Shown here: positions 1-9,888 of the stretch, piece after piece
How the letters are laid out: every line of letters begins with the position of its first letter
How positions within the stretch are numbered: the first letter of the stretch is position 1
IMG/VR virus record: IMGVR_UViG_3300033434_000011
Location: 1 to 40,122 of that record
Length of the DNA: 40,122 nt
DNA from: a virus
Taxonomy: Duplodnaviria; Caudoviricetes
Strand: one strand, 5' to 3'
Position numbers and translations under genes: made by a program
Notes under the pieces: model-generated
Told to the model about the DNA's origin: nothing
The model's input: the letters and a program-made list of their open reading frames with translations, nothing else
The model's database searches: none

Positions 1-1421
1 ATGATCGGCGCATTAACGCTTCCAGGGCTTGTTGCGGTATTTGTAGAAGCCCGTATCGCCGACTGCCGGGTATACTCCACCACGCCGCTGCCTGTTACGC
101 CAACTTCTTCAACTACTGTTGTAATAATTTTATCCGAATCAACATCCATGGATATTATGCGGACCAGTTCATTATCTAAACCTAAATATTCTTCAGTTAT
201 TGCAATCAAATCCATTGGATCTAGCAATATAAAAGGGAAGTACGGCAATTTAACTGTATATTGATTCCGATGATATATTGTTCTCTCTGCTATGGTTTGG
301 ACAACAATAGCAGCAACGGCCTCTGTACAAATACAATCTAGTGTCACTGAATCTGCTTTTTTCAAACCAATATCATCAATGCTTGCTAAATCCTCACAAC
401 TTACCACATCATCGGCATATTCATCGGCACGATTTTTAAAAGTAAGTTGCTGAAAATTAAAAATATCGCTTGTATCATCTGTGCCCAACTTAACAGGGTC
501 ATCACCATCATAGATGAAATCACTATCAGTCAAAGAATATATTGCATCCAAATCAGGCGTATAAGTTACGCCGTTGCCAGTAATTGTAGTGGTTCCATAT
601 GGAATAAGTTTTAATGTCCCTTGGCTTGTAACGGGCTGAGAATTAGTGGCTTTTATAATATTGTTAAGCGGTTCTGAAACTTCGCTTTGAGATGTTAGTG
701 GCATTGATAAAAAAATTCCGCTTGCTAAACAATAGTTTTGGTAATTCGTCATATCGCCTAAATATTCTGTAGGGTAATTTACGCCAAAAACATTATCTGT
801 TAGTAATCCTTTTATAATTAAATATGGCTCGCAGTCTAGGTTTCCAGATCCATAAATATCCTTGCCAAATACTTCAAACCCATAAGATGTTAAATAATTG
901 GATGAACCTAAACTTATATATCCAGCAACATAGGCTAAATAAGGATAATTTAATGCTCGATCTGAATGCTTAGAGGTCATATACGACCAAGGGGATTGTG
1001 ATTTACTACCATAAAAGACGGACAGCGTATCCTCCGTATCAAGATCGTTGCCGTCCGAATCGTAATATAAAGCATTTATTGTTGCTAATGTTGTGCTGTC
1101 CACAGACCAATTTGAATTTATAGCATGTTTTTCATAAGCCGTACTACTGTCCCATATACGACCTATACCGTTTATTTCGCCCTCACATAAACCGATAGCA
1201 GCCGCTACTTTGTAGGTGTATGATTCGGTGGTAACGCCGCCTTTACCGCTACTAGTAGATGTTGTAATAATCGTAAAATCAACATAGTCAATGCAATTAC
1301 CGCTTAATTTGTGAGTGCCGTAAACTATGCTAATTGGTTCCCCAAATATGGATGTTGTTACATCTAAATAATCATATTTCGTACCTGTTTGGACTGTTGA
1401 TCCACCTAGTAAACCACTCAT
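1..1421 (-). CDS. Tail tip / host-specificity (gpJ-like, GTA-type) protein, 5' part; runs off the window edge
   Basis: Read manually from ATG at 1421: MSGLLGGSTVQTGTKYDYLDVTTSIFGEPISIVYGTHKLSGNCIDYVDF...SGKGG...YTYKVAAAIGLCEGEINGIGRIW. This is the typical N-terminus of tip proteins that follow NlpC/P60. Confidence 0.85.
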   Translation of the reverse strand, partial: MSGLLGGSTVQTGTKYDYLDVTTSIFGEPISIVYGTHKLSGNCIDYVDFTIITTSTSSGKGGVTTESYTYKVAAAIGLCEGEINGIGRIWDSSTAYEKHAINSNWSVDSTTLATINALYYDSDGNDLDTEDTLSVFYGSKSQSPWSYMTSKHSDRALNYPYLAYVAGYISLGSSNYLTSYGFEVFGKDIYGSGNLDCEPYLIIKGLLTDNVFGVNYPTEYLGDMTNYQNYCLASGIFLSMPLTSQSEVSEPLNNIIKATNSQPVTSQGTLKLIPYGTTTITGNGVTYTPDLDAIYSLTDSDFIYDGDDPVKLGTDDTSDIFNFQQLTFKNRADEYADDVVSCEDLASIDDIGLKKADSVTLDCICTEAVAAIVVQTIAERTIYHRNQYTVKLPYFPFILLDPMDLIAITEEYLGLDNELVRIISMDVDSDKIITTVVEEVGVTGSGVVEYTRQSAIRASTNTATSPGSVNAPI

Positions 1422-1429
1422 TTAACCAC

Positions 1430-1873
1430 CTACATTTCTGGCCAGAATGAATAAAGTGCTCTTTGCCGTTTAGGGAACTCGCCTTGCGTGTTGTCTCCAT
1501 AGATAACGCCTAGATTAACATAGGAATGAATAATGATTGGGTAATCAACTACAATTGCGCCATGTGATATGCAACGCCCATAATGGTAAACAATAATATC
1601 ACCAGGTAAGGGCTTTCTTTCGCTTATCTCGCAACAATATTTTTCTACCCATCCAAGATATTTTTCCTCACTTCTATGAAGGTGCCAATCCCGTCTATAG
1701 TATGGAACTTCTATATGCTCAATCAACCCGCATCGTTCAAATACTTCTAAAAGGAACAATCCGCAATCAACTCCGCCATTTTTCACTCTTGCATTATCAT
1801 GATAAGGAGTTCCTAACCAACTGATAGCTTCATCAACGACTGCTTGCCTTTGCTGTTTTTCTAACTCATTCAA
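1430..1873 (-). CDS. NlpC/P60 family tail-associated peptidase
   Basis: EAISWLGTPYH...GVDCGLF...HGAI...IIHS motifs; position in tail-tip module. Confidence 0.92.
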   Translation of the reverse strand: MNELEKQQRQAVVDEAISWLGTPYHDNARVKNGGVDCGLFLLEVFERCGLIEHIEVPYYRRDWHLHRSEEKYLGWVEKYCCEISERKPLPGDIIVYHYGRCISHGAIVVDYPIIIHSYVNLGVIYGDNTQGEFPKRQRALYSFWPEM

Positions 1874-1879
1874 GCTTAA

Positions 1880-2764
1880 TCACCCCCCACTAACTCTAGG
1901 CACAGGGATAAATGGAGTCCCACGGTACGAACTATAGTTATTAAATCGGCTCTTACAAAGCGACATAGTATGATCGCACCCAGCAATTAGTTTCACTGTA
2001 TTTCCTGCAACAGGCGTATATTCTAGTGTCCACATTAAATTTAATGTAGCTATCCCAGTACTAGAATCGTAACTATGTGATTTTATTGTACGGCTCAGTC
2101 CATAATTATCACCTGTAGCAAATTTAACATAGCCACCTTGGTAATAGGCAGATGAATGACTGCAGGATACGTATAATGTACTTTTAGTGCTGCCAGATAA
2201 CAGTGTGTATTTTTCTGTCCAATCCTCTTCATCTAATCCGCAGACATAGCCATATAAACAATTTACACAGCCAGCCTGATACAGATTAGGAGGACTTTTA
2301 GTTGATAAAATGTCATTAAATGATTTTATCTTTAATTCTGCTTTACTTCTCCCTGCAGACTCGACTTCTGTACGCCCGACAAAAAGCAGCAACTTATAAT
2401 CTTCTGATACTGCAAGCGACCAGTTTTCCATGAAAACTTGCGAATAATGACATGTAGCATACCTAAATGATCCAGAACGTAATGCCCTTGGAATATAAAT
2501 ACTTTTTTCATTAATTGTTAAAGTGTCTGTATCGTAATACATTGTTAAATCAAGTTCATCGACGCTAAACCCCAATGATTGCTTGAAATTTCCGCTATCA
2601 ATCGGCAGCGGAACATAATTATAATCGCCACATTTAAAAGTATAAGGCAAAGAAGTAAATCGAAATATCGTCCCATCTGTTAAAGTGAAAACATATAACT
2701 CAGCCATACAAAGGCTTGTCGCCGTATTAAGTAAATTAAGTAATGTAGTTGAACAACTTTTCAT
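1880..2764 (-). CDS. DUF2163 / BR0599-type baseplate hub protein with conserved Cys (putative Fe-S ligands)
   Basis: CVNCLYGYVCG and GCDHTMSLCKSRFNN..YRGTPFIP motifs; follows DUF2460. Confidence 0.88.
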   Translation of the reverse strand: MKSCSTTLLNLLNTATSLCMAELYVFTLTDGTIFRFTSLPYTFKCGDYNYVPLPIDSGNFKQSLGFSVDELDLTMYYDTDTLTINEKSIYIPRALRSGSFRYATCHYSQVFMENWSLAVSEDYKLLLFVGRTEVESAGRSKAELKIKSFNDILSTKSPPNLYQAGCVNCLYGYVCGLDEEDWTEKYTLLSGSTKSTLYVSCSHSSAYYQGGYVKFATGDNYGLSRTIKSHSYDSSTGIATLNLMWTLEYTPVAGNTVKLIAGCDHTMSLCKSRFNNYSSYRGTPFIPVPRVSGG

Positions 2765-3354
2765 ATCAACACCGACTTAAACAGGACGGTAGGAGCCGAC
2801 CATATTTGATTAACAACTTCCTCGAATTCCGTTTCATCTTCGGTAAATCTGCACCGATAATAAAAATTACCAGCCCATGATAAAACCGCCCCAAAAACTG
2901 GAGCGGTCGTAAAAGCAATCTTCCCTTTTGTTGTCCAGGTAAAACCTGTCGTTGCTATTCCATTCATATAAATAGTTGGCTTATTAACGATGCCTATTAC
3001 CGGTTCAATAAACGCCCCATAATTTCGGCAAAGTTGGAAAGCGGTTGTTGAACCATCACCACTACCGAACGCTTGATGATTGCAAGTGTTATCATATAAA
3101 TCATAATAAAGCCAATCATCATGTTTACCATATCGATTTAAATAAAAACCAATTAATTGCTGTATGTCGTCGGTAACAGAGTTTTTATCATCTAAGAATT
3201 CATAGCCTAGTGTGAATGTCCATCGTGGATAAGGACGCAGGGATAGGGTTTTATCTACCCCAAGCGCGCTGGTTTGTTGTAATGTAACAAATTCAGGTTT
3301 CTTTTTTATCCCTATTGCCAAACCTCTTAGTTCTGGAAAAATTGCATCACTCAT
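2761..3354 (-). CDS. DUF2460 distal tail protein (GTA-like)
   Basis: YPRWTFTLGYEFL, FGSGDGSTTAFQL, YYRCRF motifs; directly after tape measure. Confidence 0.88.
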   Translation of the reverse strand: MSDAIFPELRGLAIGIKKKPEFVTLQQTSALGVDKTLSLRPYPRWTFTLGYEFLDDKNSVTDDIQQLIGFYLNRYGKHDDWLYYDLYDNTCNHQAFGSGDGSTTAFQLCRNYGAFIEPVIGIVNKPTIYMNGIATTGFTWTTKGKIAFTTAPVFGAVLSWAGNFYYRCRFTEDETEFEEVVNQIWSAPTVLFKSVLI

Positions 3355-6300
3355 TACGGTCTACCCCATTTACTAACATTTTGCATAGCTAAGCTACGAT
3401 TTACCTTATAAAGTCCTTGTGTAACGTCTCGACTGTTATTTTGCAATACTTTACCAACTCCCTTACCATCCATTGCTGTAACATTATATGTAGGGCTATG
3501 GCTGATTTTTGGCACTGAGAATTGCTGATTGGCGGTTGCATTTGAGTTTCCGGAAAAACCACCGCTTGAAATAAAATCCCTTGCTCCATCAGCAAATGCA
3601 GCGGGTATGACAACTTCCCCCTTATGTATCTGAGCAAGCATATCATGCGGCACATCTAATGTTCCAACATCGTAAGACGGTAGGCTTGTCGTAGCTACAC
3701 CAGAGCCATAATAGGATGATGAGGAACGGCTGGTAGTGCTAGATGATGTACTGCTACCACTGCCACCAAATAACGCCGATAGAGCATACATAATAGCCAT
3801 CATTTCTAACATAGCAACCATTTCTGTCCCAATACTAGCAACAGCTTGAGTAGATGCGTTTGTATCGCTGGTTTTCTTTAACTGGTTTTTTTTATTATTT
3901 AATAATTTCTCTTGTTCTATTTTAATTTGTTCTTTGGCGAGTTCTGCTGCATCAGTAGCGGTTTTATTTGCTAAACTACTAGAATCTGTCGCTTTATCAT
4001 TTTGCAATTTCTGCAGATTGGTAGTTTTGCTTTTCTGTAACATTTTGGTAAGTATAGATGTCCATTTTTGCGATAACTCAGTTGTCCATTGTGTAGATAT
4101 TGACTTAGCCAAACTATTAAACACGCTCCGCATAGCTTGACCAAATGATTGAGTACGTTGCAAAATAGCCTGCAATCCTGAAGATATCCCAGATTGCAAC
4201 GTATTGGTAAATGCTAATAGATAACGGTGCTGGTATTGATAATCTTTTTGCGCTAATGCTTGTAGTTTCGAATAGTAAGACGACCACGCCTGCCAGCCTT
4301 CATTTATAGTTGTTATCGTGCTTACCTTGTCGCGCGAATTATCTTCCATTTTCTTGAGCAGTGTTTTTTGATCTGCCTCAGTTACAGCCGACATATACTG
4401 CTCATAAAGTTCTGCTTGCAATTTTGGATCAGTAGCGTTTGCCTGTAGTTTTTCTTTAACGCCGTCCACATTTGCAGTATATTGTGTTTTTGCTTCTTCG
4501 GCTTCACGGGCGTTTTTTTGTGGTTCCGTAAGCTGTTTATTCTTAACTTCGTTTGCAACGTTTTTCATCTGCATAGTTTTTCTAATTGTTGCTATTTCCT
4601 TATTTAAATCCGCTTCGGCTTTAACAATTTTATACTGATTATTAAGTAACTCATTTTCAGCATTGATTGCTGCTATTCTAGCATTCATTTGAGCAACGGA
4701 TCCGGATAACTCATTATTGATTTTCTGAAAGGCAATGTCTACTTTTGATTCATCAACAGTCAATGGAATATTATTCTCTTTTTTGCGTGCAATTTCTGAT
4801 TCAATTTCAGCTTTCTTTTCGGCTGATATTTTAGTCAAAACTATTTCACGGTTTAATGACGCTTCTTCCAAGGCAATTTTTTGATCATTAATTTTCTTTT
4901 TTATGTCATATTCACCTTTTGCATAATCAAGCGTTTCTTGATGGTGAGCGTCATCGATTTTAGTAACTCCCGACATATGTTGCTGATACAAAGCTAATTT
5001 ATCAGCAGCTGTATATTCATTCCCAGACGATTCCTTTTTATATTCGGCTTTGGAATTGGCAGCTTCAAATGATTTTTTAGCTATTTGATACTCAGTGTCC
5101 CCAGTATCTGTTTTGCCCTTTCCCTCTTTACCATGGATCTGATTACTGATTTCAGGAGTAGTTGGTGGGCCAGCACCGGGTATAGTATTGTTGGTAACCA
5201 TTTGCTCATATGCTGACTTAGCTTGTTCCATAGCCTTTTCAAAAGGTGATTTTTCTTTGTTTTGTGGTCCGTAGGCTACATCTCCAACACCACCGTCAGC
5301 GTTAATTCCACCAATAGTAAGATTCTTGCGAATAGTAGCACCTATATTAGCAGTTACCCCTGCAATTTTATTACCTAAACTAATAAAAAAATCAATTACA
5401 TCGTTACCCCAGGCAGGTAAAATACTGCGCACTACATCACCAATAGCAGATGCAAAATTTGATATACCCGTTTTAGCAGCATCTACAAACAACGGAAACG
5501 CTGTGCACATGCCCTCAAATATTGCAATAAATACTTTACTAATCCCCTGCAGAAATGACACAAGCCCATTCCATAAAGATTTTATGAAATTTACTACCGG
5601 TTCCCATGCCACAGATATTAGTAATATTGCGGCACCTAAAGGTGGAAATAATATCATTATCATTCCAATATTGTTGGCGATAAAGTTAACTACTTGATTC
5701 CAAGTATCTTTCATCCATTGCAGGATTGGTGACCAGTAGTTGTATAAAACATAAGCTACTGCCGCCAATGCCAATATAGCGGCGGTTAGCAATAATACTG
5801 GACTAATTGCCACATCAAGAGCAACAAAAGCAGCCGCAAGCCCCTCCGTAGCTGCAATAGATAAAAAGGTGGATGCAGTGGCGGCAACATTAGCGGCATT
5901 CTGCGCCCACGTACCAGCAGTTGCTAAAGCCATTGTACCAGTTAATCCAGCAGTAGCAATTGCTTGCAATCCTGTATATATGGATACTAATGTTGTGGCT
6001 GCAGCATATGTAAGCGCAGCTGCCTTAATCGCTGCATATGCTAGTAATAAATCCCCTAGCACCCCTACGACGTTCGTAACTGAGTCGCTATGCAGCTTTA
6101 ACCACATCACGCTGCCAGTCATATAAACGGCGAACTGTTTCAAGTATGGCAACACCTGATTACCCATAGTTTGAGCAAATACCTGCAAAGCTGCTTTTAA
6201 CTGTCCCATGTTAGTTGCAAATGTTTCCATGCCTGTTTTTAATAGTTCTTGCGTCATTTCATCAGATGATTTTGTTTTTAGTTCCCCCATGATCTTGCTA

Positions 6301-7598
6301 AAGTTACTATTGGCATCTGCAAGAAATGCTTGCATGGCATTTACTTGATATTTACCGCCCGCAATTGCTAGTGCTAATTTGCTTTTGCCTTCATCATCTA
6401 ACTTAGCATATAAATTTTGCAATTCAGCAAATACGTTGGCCCCATCCCTCATGGTTTTCATACCATTTTCACTAACGTCATACAATTTTATATTGTATGA
6501 ATCCAAAGCCGCTATCGCCTTGTCCATACTAAAGTTAGCCGTTATGGATTTCATTGTATTACCAATCGTTGATCCCGTTCTAGCCGTTTCTGTGCTTAAT
6601 GCGGAGACTGCAGCAATTGCCTCACGCGATCCCATATTAAAACCTTTAAATGCACTACCGGAACGCTGCAGGGCATCCATCAAGTCACTGCCTTTAATAT
6701 TCGCTACATGGCAAGCAACTGAAAAATCATTTAAAAATTGTTTTGTACCTTGGGCCGATAGATCAAATTGCAGCATAACAGCTTCAAGGTTTTTAGTAGC
6801 AGATCCAAGGTCCACAAAGTCTAGTTTATTCATCGTCAATGCGACACTGGTTAAATAACTAATACTTTCAACATCCTTAAATCGTCTGCTTAATATCTGC
6901 ATGGATTCCATTACATCAGGCAGTCCAACACCAAAACCGATAGCAAACTTTCCTGCGGCATCATTTAATCGATTCAAGTCAGCATTTAGCAACTGATTAT
7001 TATTGTGATACTGATCGGCTAATTCAAGATTTTGGCGCATTTTCTGCGTTAATGTTTCTGTTTCGGTAGCGGTTTTTATTATCATGGTGGGTATTCCAAT
7101 CAATCCAGCAATCATTGCACCACTAGCCATAAATTCAAGATGACTTTTCAGCTTACCAAAAACATTCCCAAGGATGCCAGCTTGATTTGCTGTATTTGCT
7201 AAAGCCGTGCGCAATTGTCCATGCTGCTGAGTTAAATTGCCAGTTGCATTTGCCATTCCTTGGGTATTAACATGATTCATTGATGATTGTAAATTAGTTA
7301 AAGATGCAGCAGTTTGCTGCGTGCTAGATGCAATTGATTTACTAGACTGGTTTGCATTGTTGGCCATGTTTTGAAATGCAGTTGTGACTCCTGAAGCGGC
7401 CTCTTTTATTCCAGTTCCCATACTAGCGGCCATTTGTGACATGCTCTTAGATGCATTTACATTCATTGTATTTAGCATGTTGGTCATTAGCTGTGTTTGT
7501 GTAGTTAATGTTTGCGTAGCATTTAAAACAGCTTGATTGAAACTAGAAAAATCGGCAATTACGCCGATTGAATAGGTTCCCATATTCCCTTGTGCCAT
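3354..7598 (-). CDS. Tail tape measure protein
   Basis: 1414 aa, Ala-rich and helical, TP901-like core (GSTIGNTMKSI), hydrophobic segments, C-terminal SYDVGT..VPHDMLAQIHKGEVVIPA motif. Confidence 0.95.
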   Translation of the reverse strand: MAQGNMGTYSIGVIADFSSFNQAVLNATQTLTTQTQLMTNMLNTMNVNASKSMSQMAASMGTGIKEAASGVTTAFQNMANNANQSSKSIASSTQQTAASLTNLQSSMNHVNTQGMANATGNLTQQHGQLRTALANTANQAGILGNVFGKLKSHLEFMASGAMIAGLIGIPTMIIKTATETETLTQKMRQNLELADQYHNNNQLLNADLNRLNDAAGKFAIGFGVGLPDVMESMQILSRRFKDVESISYLTSVALTMNKLDFVDLGSATKNLEAVMLQFDLSAQGTKQFLNDFSVACHVANIKGSDLMDALQRSGSAFKGFNMGSREAIAAVSALSTETARTGSTIGNTMKSITANFSMDKAIAALDSYNIKLYDVSENGMKTMRDGANVFAELQNLYAKLDDEGKSKLALAIAGGKYQVNAMQAFLADANSNFSKIMGELKTKSSDEMTQELLKTGMETFATNMGQLKAALQVFAQTMGNQVLPYLKQFAVYMTGSVMWLKLHSDSVTNVVGVLGDLLLAYAAIKAAALTYAAATTLVSIYTGLQAIATAGLTGTMALATAGTWAQNAANVAATASTFLSIAATEGLAAAFVALDVAISPVLLLTAAILALAAVAYVLYNYWSPILQWMKDTWNQVVNFIANNIGMIMILFPPLGAAILLISVAWEPVVNFIKSLWNGLVSFLQGISKVFIAIFEGMCTAFPLFVDAAKTGISNFASAIGDVVRSILPAWGNDVIDFFISLGNKIAGVTANIGATIRKNLTIGGINADGGVGDVAYGPQNKEKSPFEKAMEQAKSAYEQMVTNNTIPGAGPPTTPEISNQIHGKEGKGKTDTGDTEYQIAKKSFEAANSKAEYKKESSGNEYTAADKLALYQQHMSGVTKIDDAHHQETLDYAKGEYDIKKKINDQKIALEEASLNREIVLTKISAEKKAEIESEIARKKENNIPLTVDESKVDIAFQKINNELSGSVAQMNARIAAINAENELLNNQYKIVKAEADLNKEIATIRKTMQMKNVANEVKNKQLTEPQKNAREAEEAKTQYTANVDGVKEKLQANATDPKLQAELYEQYMSAVTEADQKTLLKKMEDNSRDKVSTITTINEGWQAWSSYYSKLQALAQKDYQYQHRYLLAFTNTLQSGISSGLQAILQRTQSFGQAMRSVFNSLAKSISTQWTTELSQKWTSILTKMLQKSKTTNLQKLQNDKATDSSSLANKTATDAAELAKEQIKIEQEKLLNNKKNQLKKTSDTNASTQAVASIGTEMVAMLEMMAIMYALSALFGGSGSSTSSSTTSRSSSSYYGSGVATTSLPSYDVGTLDVPHDMLAQIHKGEVVIPAAFADGARDFISSGGFSGNSNATANQQFSVPKISHSPTYNVTAMDGKGVGKVLQNNSRDVTQGLYKVNRSLAMQNVSKWGRP

Positions 7599-7617
7599 GT
7601 ATCCTTCCTTCCGAAGA

Positions 7618-7971
7618 TTAACAAACGTAATCTACAATTTTCCGTTTAGGCTTTGATCCACAATCGCCAAAAGCAGATAGTAGTCCTCGTAGTTGCTCCT
7701 GTTCAAATTGCTTCTGTTCTTCAGGAGTGCGTTTATGTTTCGGCTTATTTTTTTTCTTACCTGATTCACCACTAAATGATTCAAGTACTGCCATCAGCAA
7801 TGCGCCAGGATGGGGATTGTTTTTCATATATTCCACATGCGCTGATACATCATCTAAATCTAAGCACCAGTCAATATATTCATAGCTGTAACCAAAAATT
7901 GCGGCAAATGAAGCATAAATGTATCTCCAATTTGTTTCACCGCTTTCAGTGGTTACTTCTGGACGTTTTTT
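7618..7971 (-). CDS. Tail assembly chaperone, gpT-like part reached by -1 frameshift
   Basis: The -1 frame is open from slippery A AAA AAC (7965-7971): KRPEVTTESGETNWRYIYASFAAIFGYSYEYIDW...VEYMKNNPHPG, in frame with ORF 7618..7836. Confidence 0.8.
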   Translation of the reverse strand, partial: KKRPEVTTESGETNWRYIYASFAAIFGYSYEYIDWCLDLDDVSAHVEYMKNNPHPGALLMAVLESFSGESGKKKNKPKHKRTPEEQKQFEQEQLRGLLSAFGDCGSKPKRKIVDYVC

Positions 7972-8336
7972 GCGTATTCAGCCATTTGTTTTTTTACATT
8001 TGAATCTTGAGATATAACATATTGCATTAAAAACATTGTGGCTCCTGAGTCTAAACCTTCCCCAACAAATTCTTTGGTTATCCGCTCGTCGTTTGGATAG
8101 TTTCTTTGAAGTGCTAATGCAATAAGTTCCACTAAAACTAAATACGATTCAGCCGATATATTACCAGCATCATCTTCTTTTTGTGCTTTATTAATTTCTT
8201 TTTGAATTTTACCGACTTTCTCAGATCCATTCGCTTTGGCATACGCATACACGCTCATTGCTGGCATGACAAATATTTCACCATATAATTCAATCTCAAT
8301 TCCCTTAAATTTAAAGTTTTCTTTTTTGCCACTCAT
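7953..8336 (-). CDS. Tail assembly chaperone (gpG-like)
   Basis: Between major tail and tape measure genes; likely ATG 8336 after AGGGAGAG; ends ...YAKNVQK with slippery site. Confidence 0.85.
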   Translation of the reverse strand: MSGKKENFKFKGIEIELYGEIFVMPAMSVYAYAKANGSEKVGKIQKEINKAQKEDDAGNISAESYLVLVELIALALQRNYPNDERITKEFVGEGLDSGATMFLMQYVISQDSNVKKQMAEYAKNVQK

Positions 8337-8430
8337 AATATATCTCTCCCTAAATTTTATTTTCCCTAGTAGATTGCCAGACAGGGCAGGGATCACCTTT
8401 TCGCCCGTCAGCTAGTCTGGCAGAAATAAA

Positions 8431-9162
8431 TTATTCGTCTAAATACAAATAACCAATGATGTCCGAACTATCAGCGAATGCGCTAAAATCAAATGCAGGA
8501 ATTAAGTAATCTTCTTGCTTGAAGTTCAAATCAAGTTTATTTGTCGTACAAGCATTAAGCAATAAAGTAACGTTTTTATCATCTAATACGCTATACATCT
8601 CAATTTGGAATGTAGGTGCAGTGCCCATATTGTTATTGGTCAGCGTGATCGTCTTGCCAGTTGTAATGGTATAGTCGTATACGTATTGAATTTTCTTGCC
8701 TGCATCTGCATCTGCAAAAGTTAAAGTTCCACTTGCAACCGAGTATTCTCCTGTTGCTGGTGTTCCTGTAACTTTCGTCATTGCTGTTTTTTCGGTCGAA
8801 TCGCTGACATCATAAACCGCAAGGATTTTGCCAATCGTCCCGCTATCCGGTGCCGTGATGGAAATAGTAAAAGGCGTAACGGCAGGGATTGTAGCTAATA
8901 CCGGTTCCGCTACTTTAAGTTGCCCAGTTGATACGGTTCCACCTAATATTTGATTTAAAGCCGCCGCCTTAATATCAGCAAAACCAGCCTTCCCTTCCGC
9001 CTTACCTTTACCCCTAGCAACTTTTACAGCAATTTGCTTTCTACCATAAAGTTCTTTTTTATCGAAAGTAAATGAAAAGCTGCATTCCTGCAGGGTACCA
9101 AATTCAACACTCGTCCCATCGGAATTAACAGAGAATAAAGAACCTAATCCAAATTCAAACAT
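8431..9162 (-). CDS. Major tail (tube) protein
   Basis: FGTLQECSFSFTFDKKELYG...VARGKGK and FKQEDYLIPAFDFSAFAD motifs; position. Confidence 0.88.
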   Translation of the reverse strand: MFEFGLGSLFSVNSDGTSVEFGTLQECSFSFTFDKKELYGRKQIAVKVARGKGKAEGKAGFADIKAAALNQILGGTVSTGQLKVAEPVLATIPAVTPFTISITAPDSGTIGKILAVYDVSDSTEKTAMTKVTGTPATGEYSVASGTLTFADADAGKKIQYVYDYTITTGKTITLTNNNMGTAPTFQIEMYSVLDDKNVTLLLNACTTNKLDLNFKQEDYLIPAFDFSAFADSSDIIGYLYLDE

Positions 9163-9185
9163 TTATTTTCCCCCTTGTTTTTGGT

Positions 9186-9214
9186 AATAAAAAATACACC
9201 TATTAATTTAGGTG
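9186..9214 (-). terminator. Intrinsic terminator-like hairpin, copy 1 of a direct repeat
   Basis: CACCTA/TAGGTG stem followed by TATTTTTTATT on the minus strand. Confidence 0.65.
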
Positions 9215-9418
9215 CTAGTTCCGTGCTATTGATGCATTGGCCCAAAATACCGTTGTTTCAAGATTAGTAATCGCTACTGCTTTTTCGCGTGAATTAGGGC
9301 AAAGTTCATCAATTAAATAAGCTAGTTCCTTTGCCTTTTCACGAATAGCAGTATACTTCTCTGACTGCCCTTCTTTGGGAGCATGATAAACAAAATTATT
9401 TTCAATCTGTTGTTTCAT
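9215..9418 (-). CDS. Acb2/Tad1-like helical-hairpin protein (putative anti-defence nucleotide sponge)
   Basis: 67 aa: IENNFVYHAPKEGQ.EKY..IREKAKELAYLIDELCPNSREKAVAITNLETTVFWANASIARN; the SRE..AIT.LE....W motif resembles the Tad1/Acb2 hairpin; RBS AAAGGA. Confidence 0.7.
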   Translation of the reverse strand: MKQQIENNFVYHAPKEGQSEKYTAIREKAKELAYLIDELCPNSREKAVAITNLETTVFWANASIARN

Positions 9419-9432
9419 AAAATCATCCTTTC

Positions 9433-9462
9433 AATAAAAAATACACCTATTTATTAGGTGTA
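9433..9462 (-). terminator. Intrinsic terminator-like hairpin, copy 2 of a direct repeat
   Basis: TACACCTA/TAGGTGTA stem plus T tract; 19 nt identical to copy 1. Confidence 0.65.
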
Positions 9463-9876
9463 CATTAGTGCTTTTGGTGCATATATTAAATATTTACTCA
9501 TGAAGTAATGAGTACGAGTTTCGGTGTCATACAATGGACATTCTCCCCGTACTTTGCGACACATCGTAAGCCCAGCAGGCGGTTTTAAGTCAATTGTATC
9601 CACCGTAAGATTAAATAAGTAACTCGCTTCATCAGGACCATTTTTTGTCCATCCATATACATAGTAATAGCATTCCGAGGATGGTATTTTACTTTTCAGA
9701 GTTTGCGACATGTCCATATGAATCGTCAGTGACGGGTATACAGGATTGTCTATTGCATTAATGTAATCAGGATAGATTTCATCACCAACTACGTCGTATA
9801 GGTCTGAATTGGCAAGAAAGGCGCTTCTGAGTAATGCGATAACAGGATCATAATTTTTAATCGCCAATAGAATCAC
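9454..9876 (-). CDS. Tail terminator / completion protein
   Basis: LYDVVGDEIYPD...YPSLT pattern; upstream of major tail gene. Confidence 0.7.
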   Translation of the reverse strand: MILLAIKNYDPVIALLRSAFLANSDLYDVVGDEIYPDYINAIDNPVYPSLTIHMDMSQTLKSKIPSSECYYYVYGWTKNGPDEASYLFNLTVDTIDLKPPAGLTMCRKVRGECPLYDTETRTHYFMSKYLIYAPKALMYT

Positions 9877-9888
9877 CTACCTTATCGG

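Noticed and set aside
1-264. + strand 87-aa ORF
   Set aside because: Antisense shadow of the tail tip gene; no motif
3934-6858. Several + strand ORFs (up to 159 aa) within the tape measure gene
   Set aside because: Mirror-frame shadows with no RBS or domain motifs, unlike the HNH ORF in the intein
8337-8396. Longer chaperone N-terminus from the ORF track
   Set aside because: Lies in the RNA structure; the RBS supports ATG 8336
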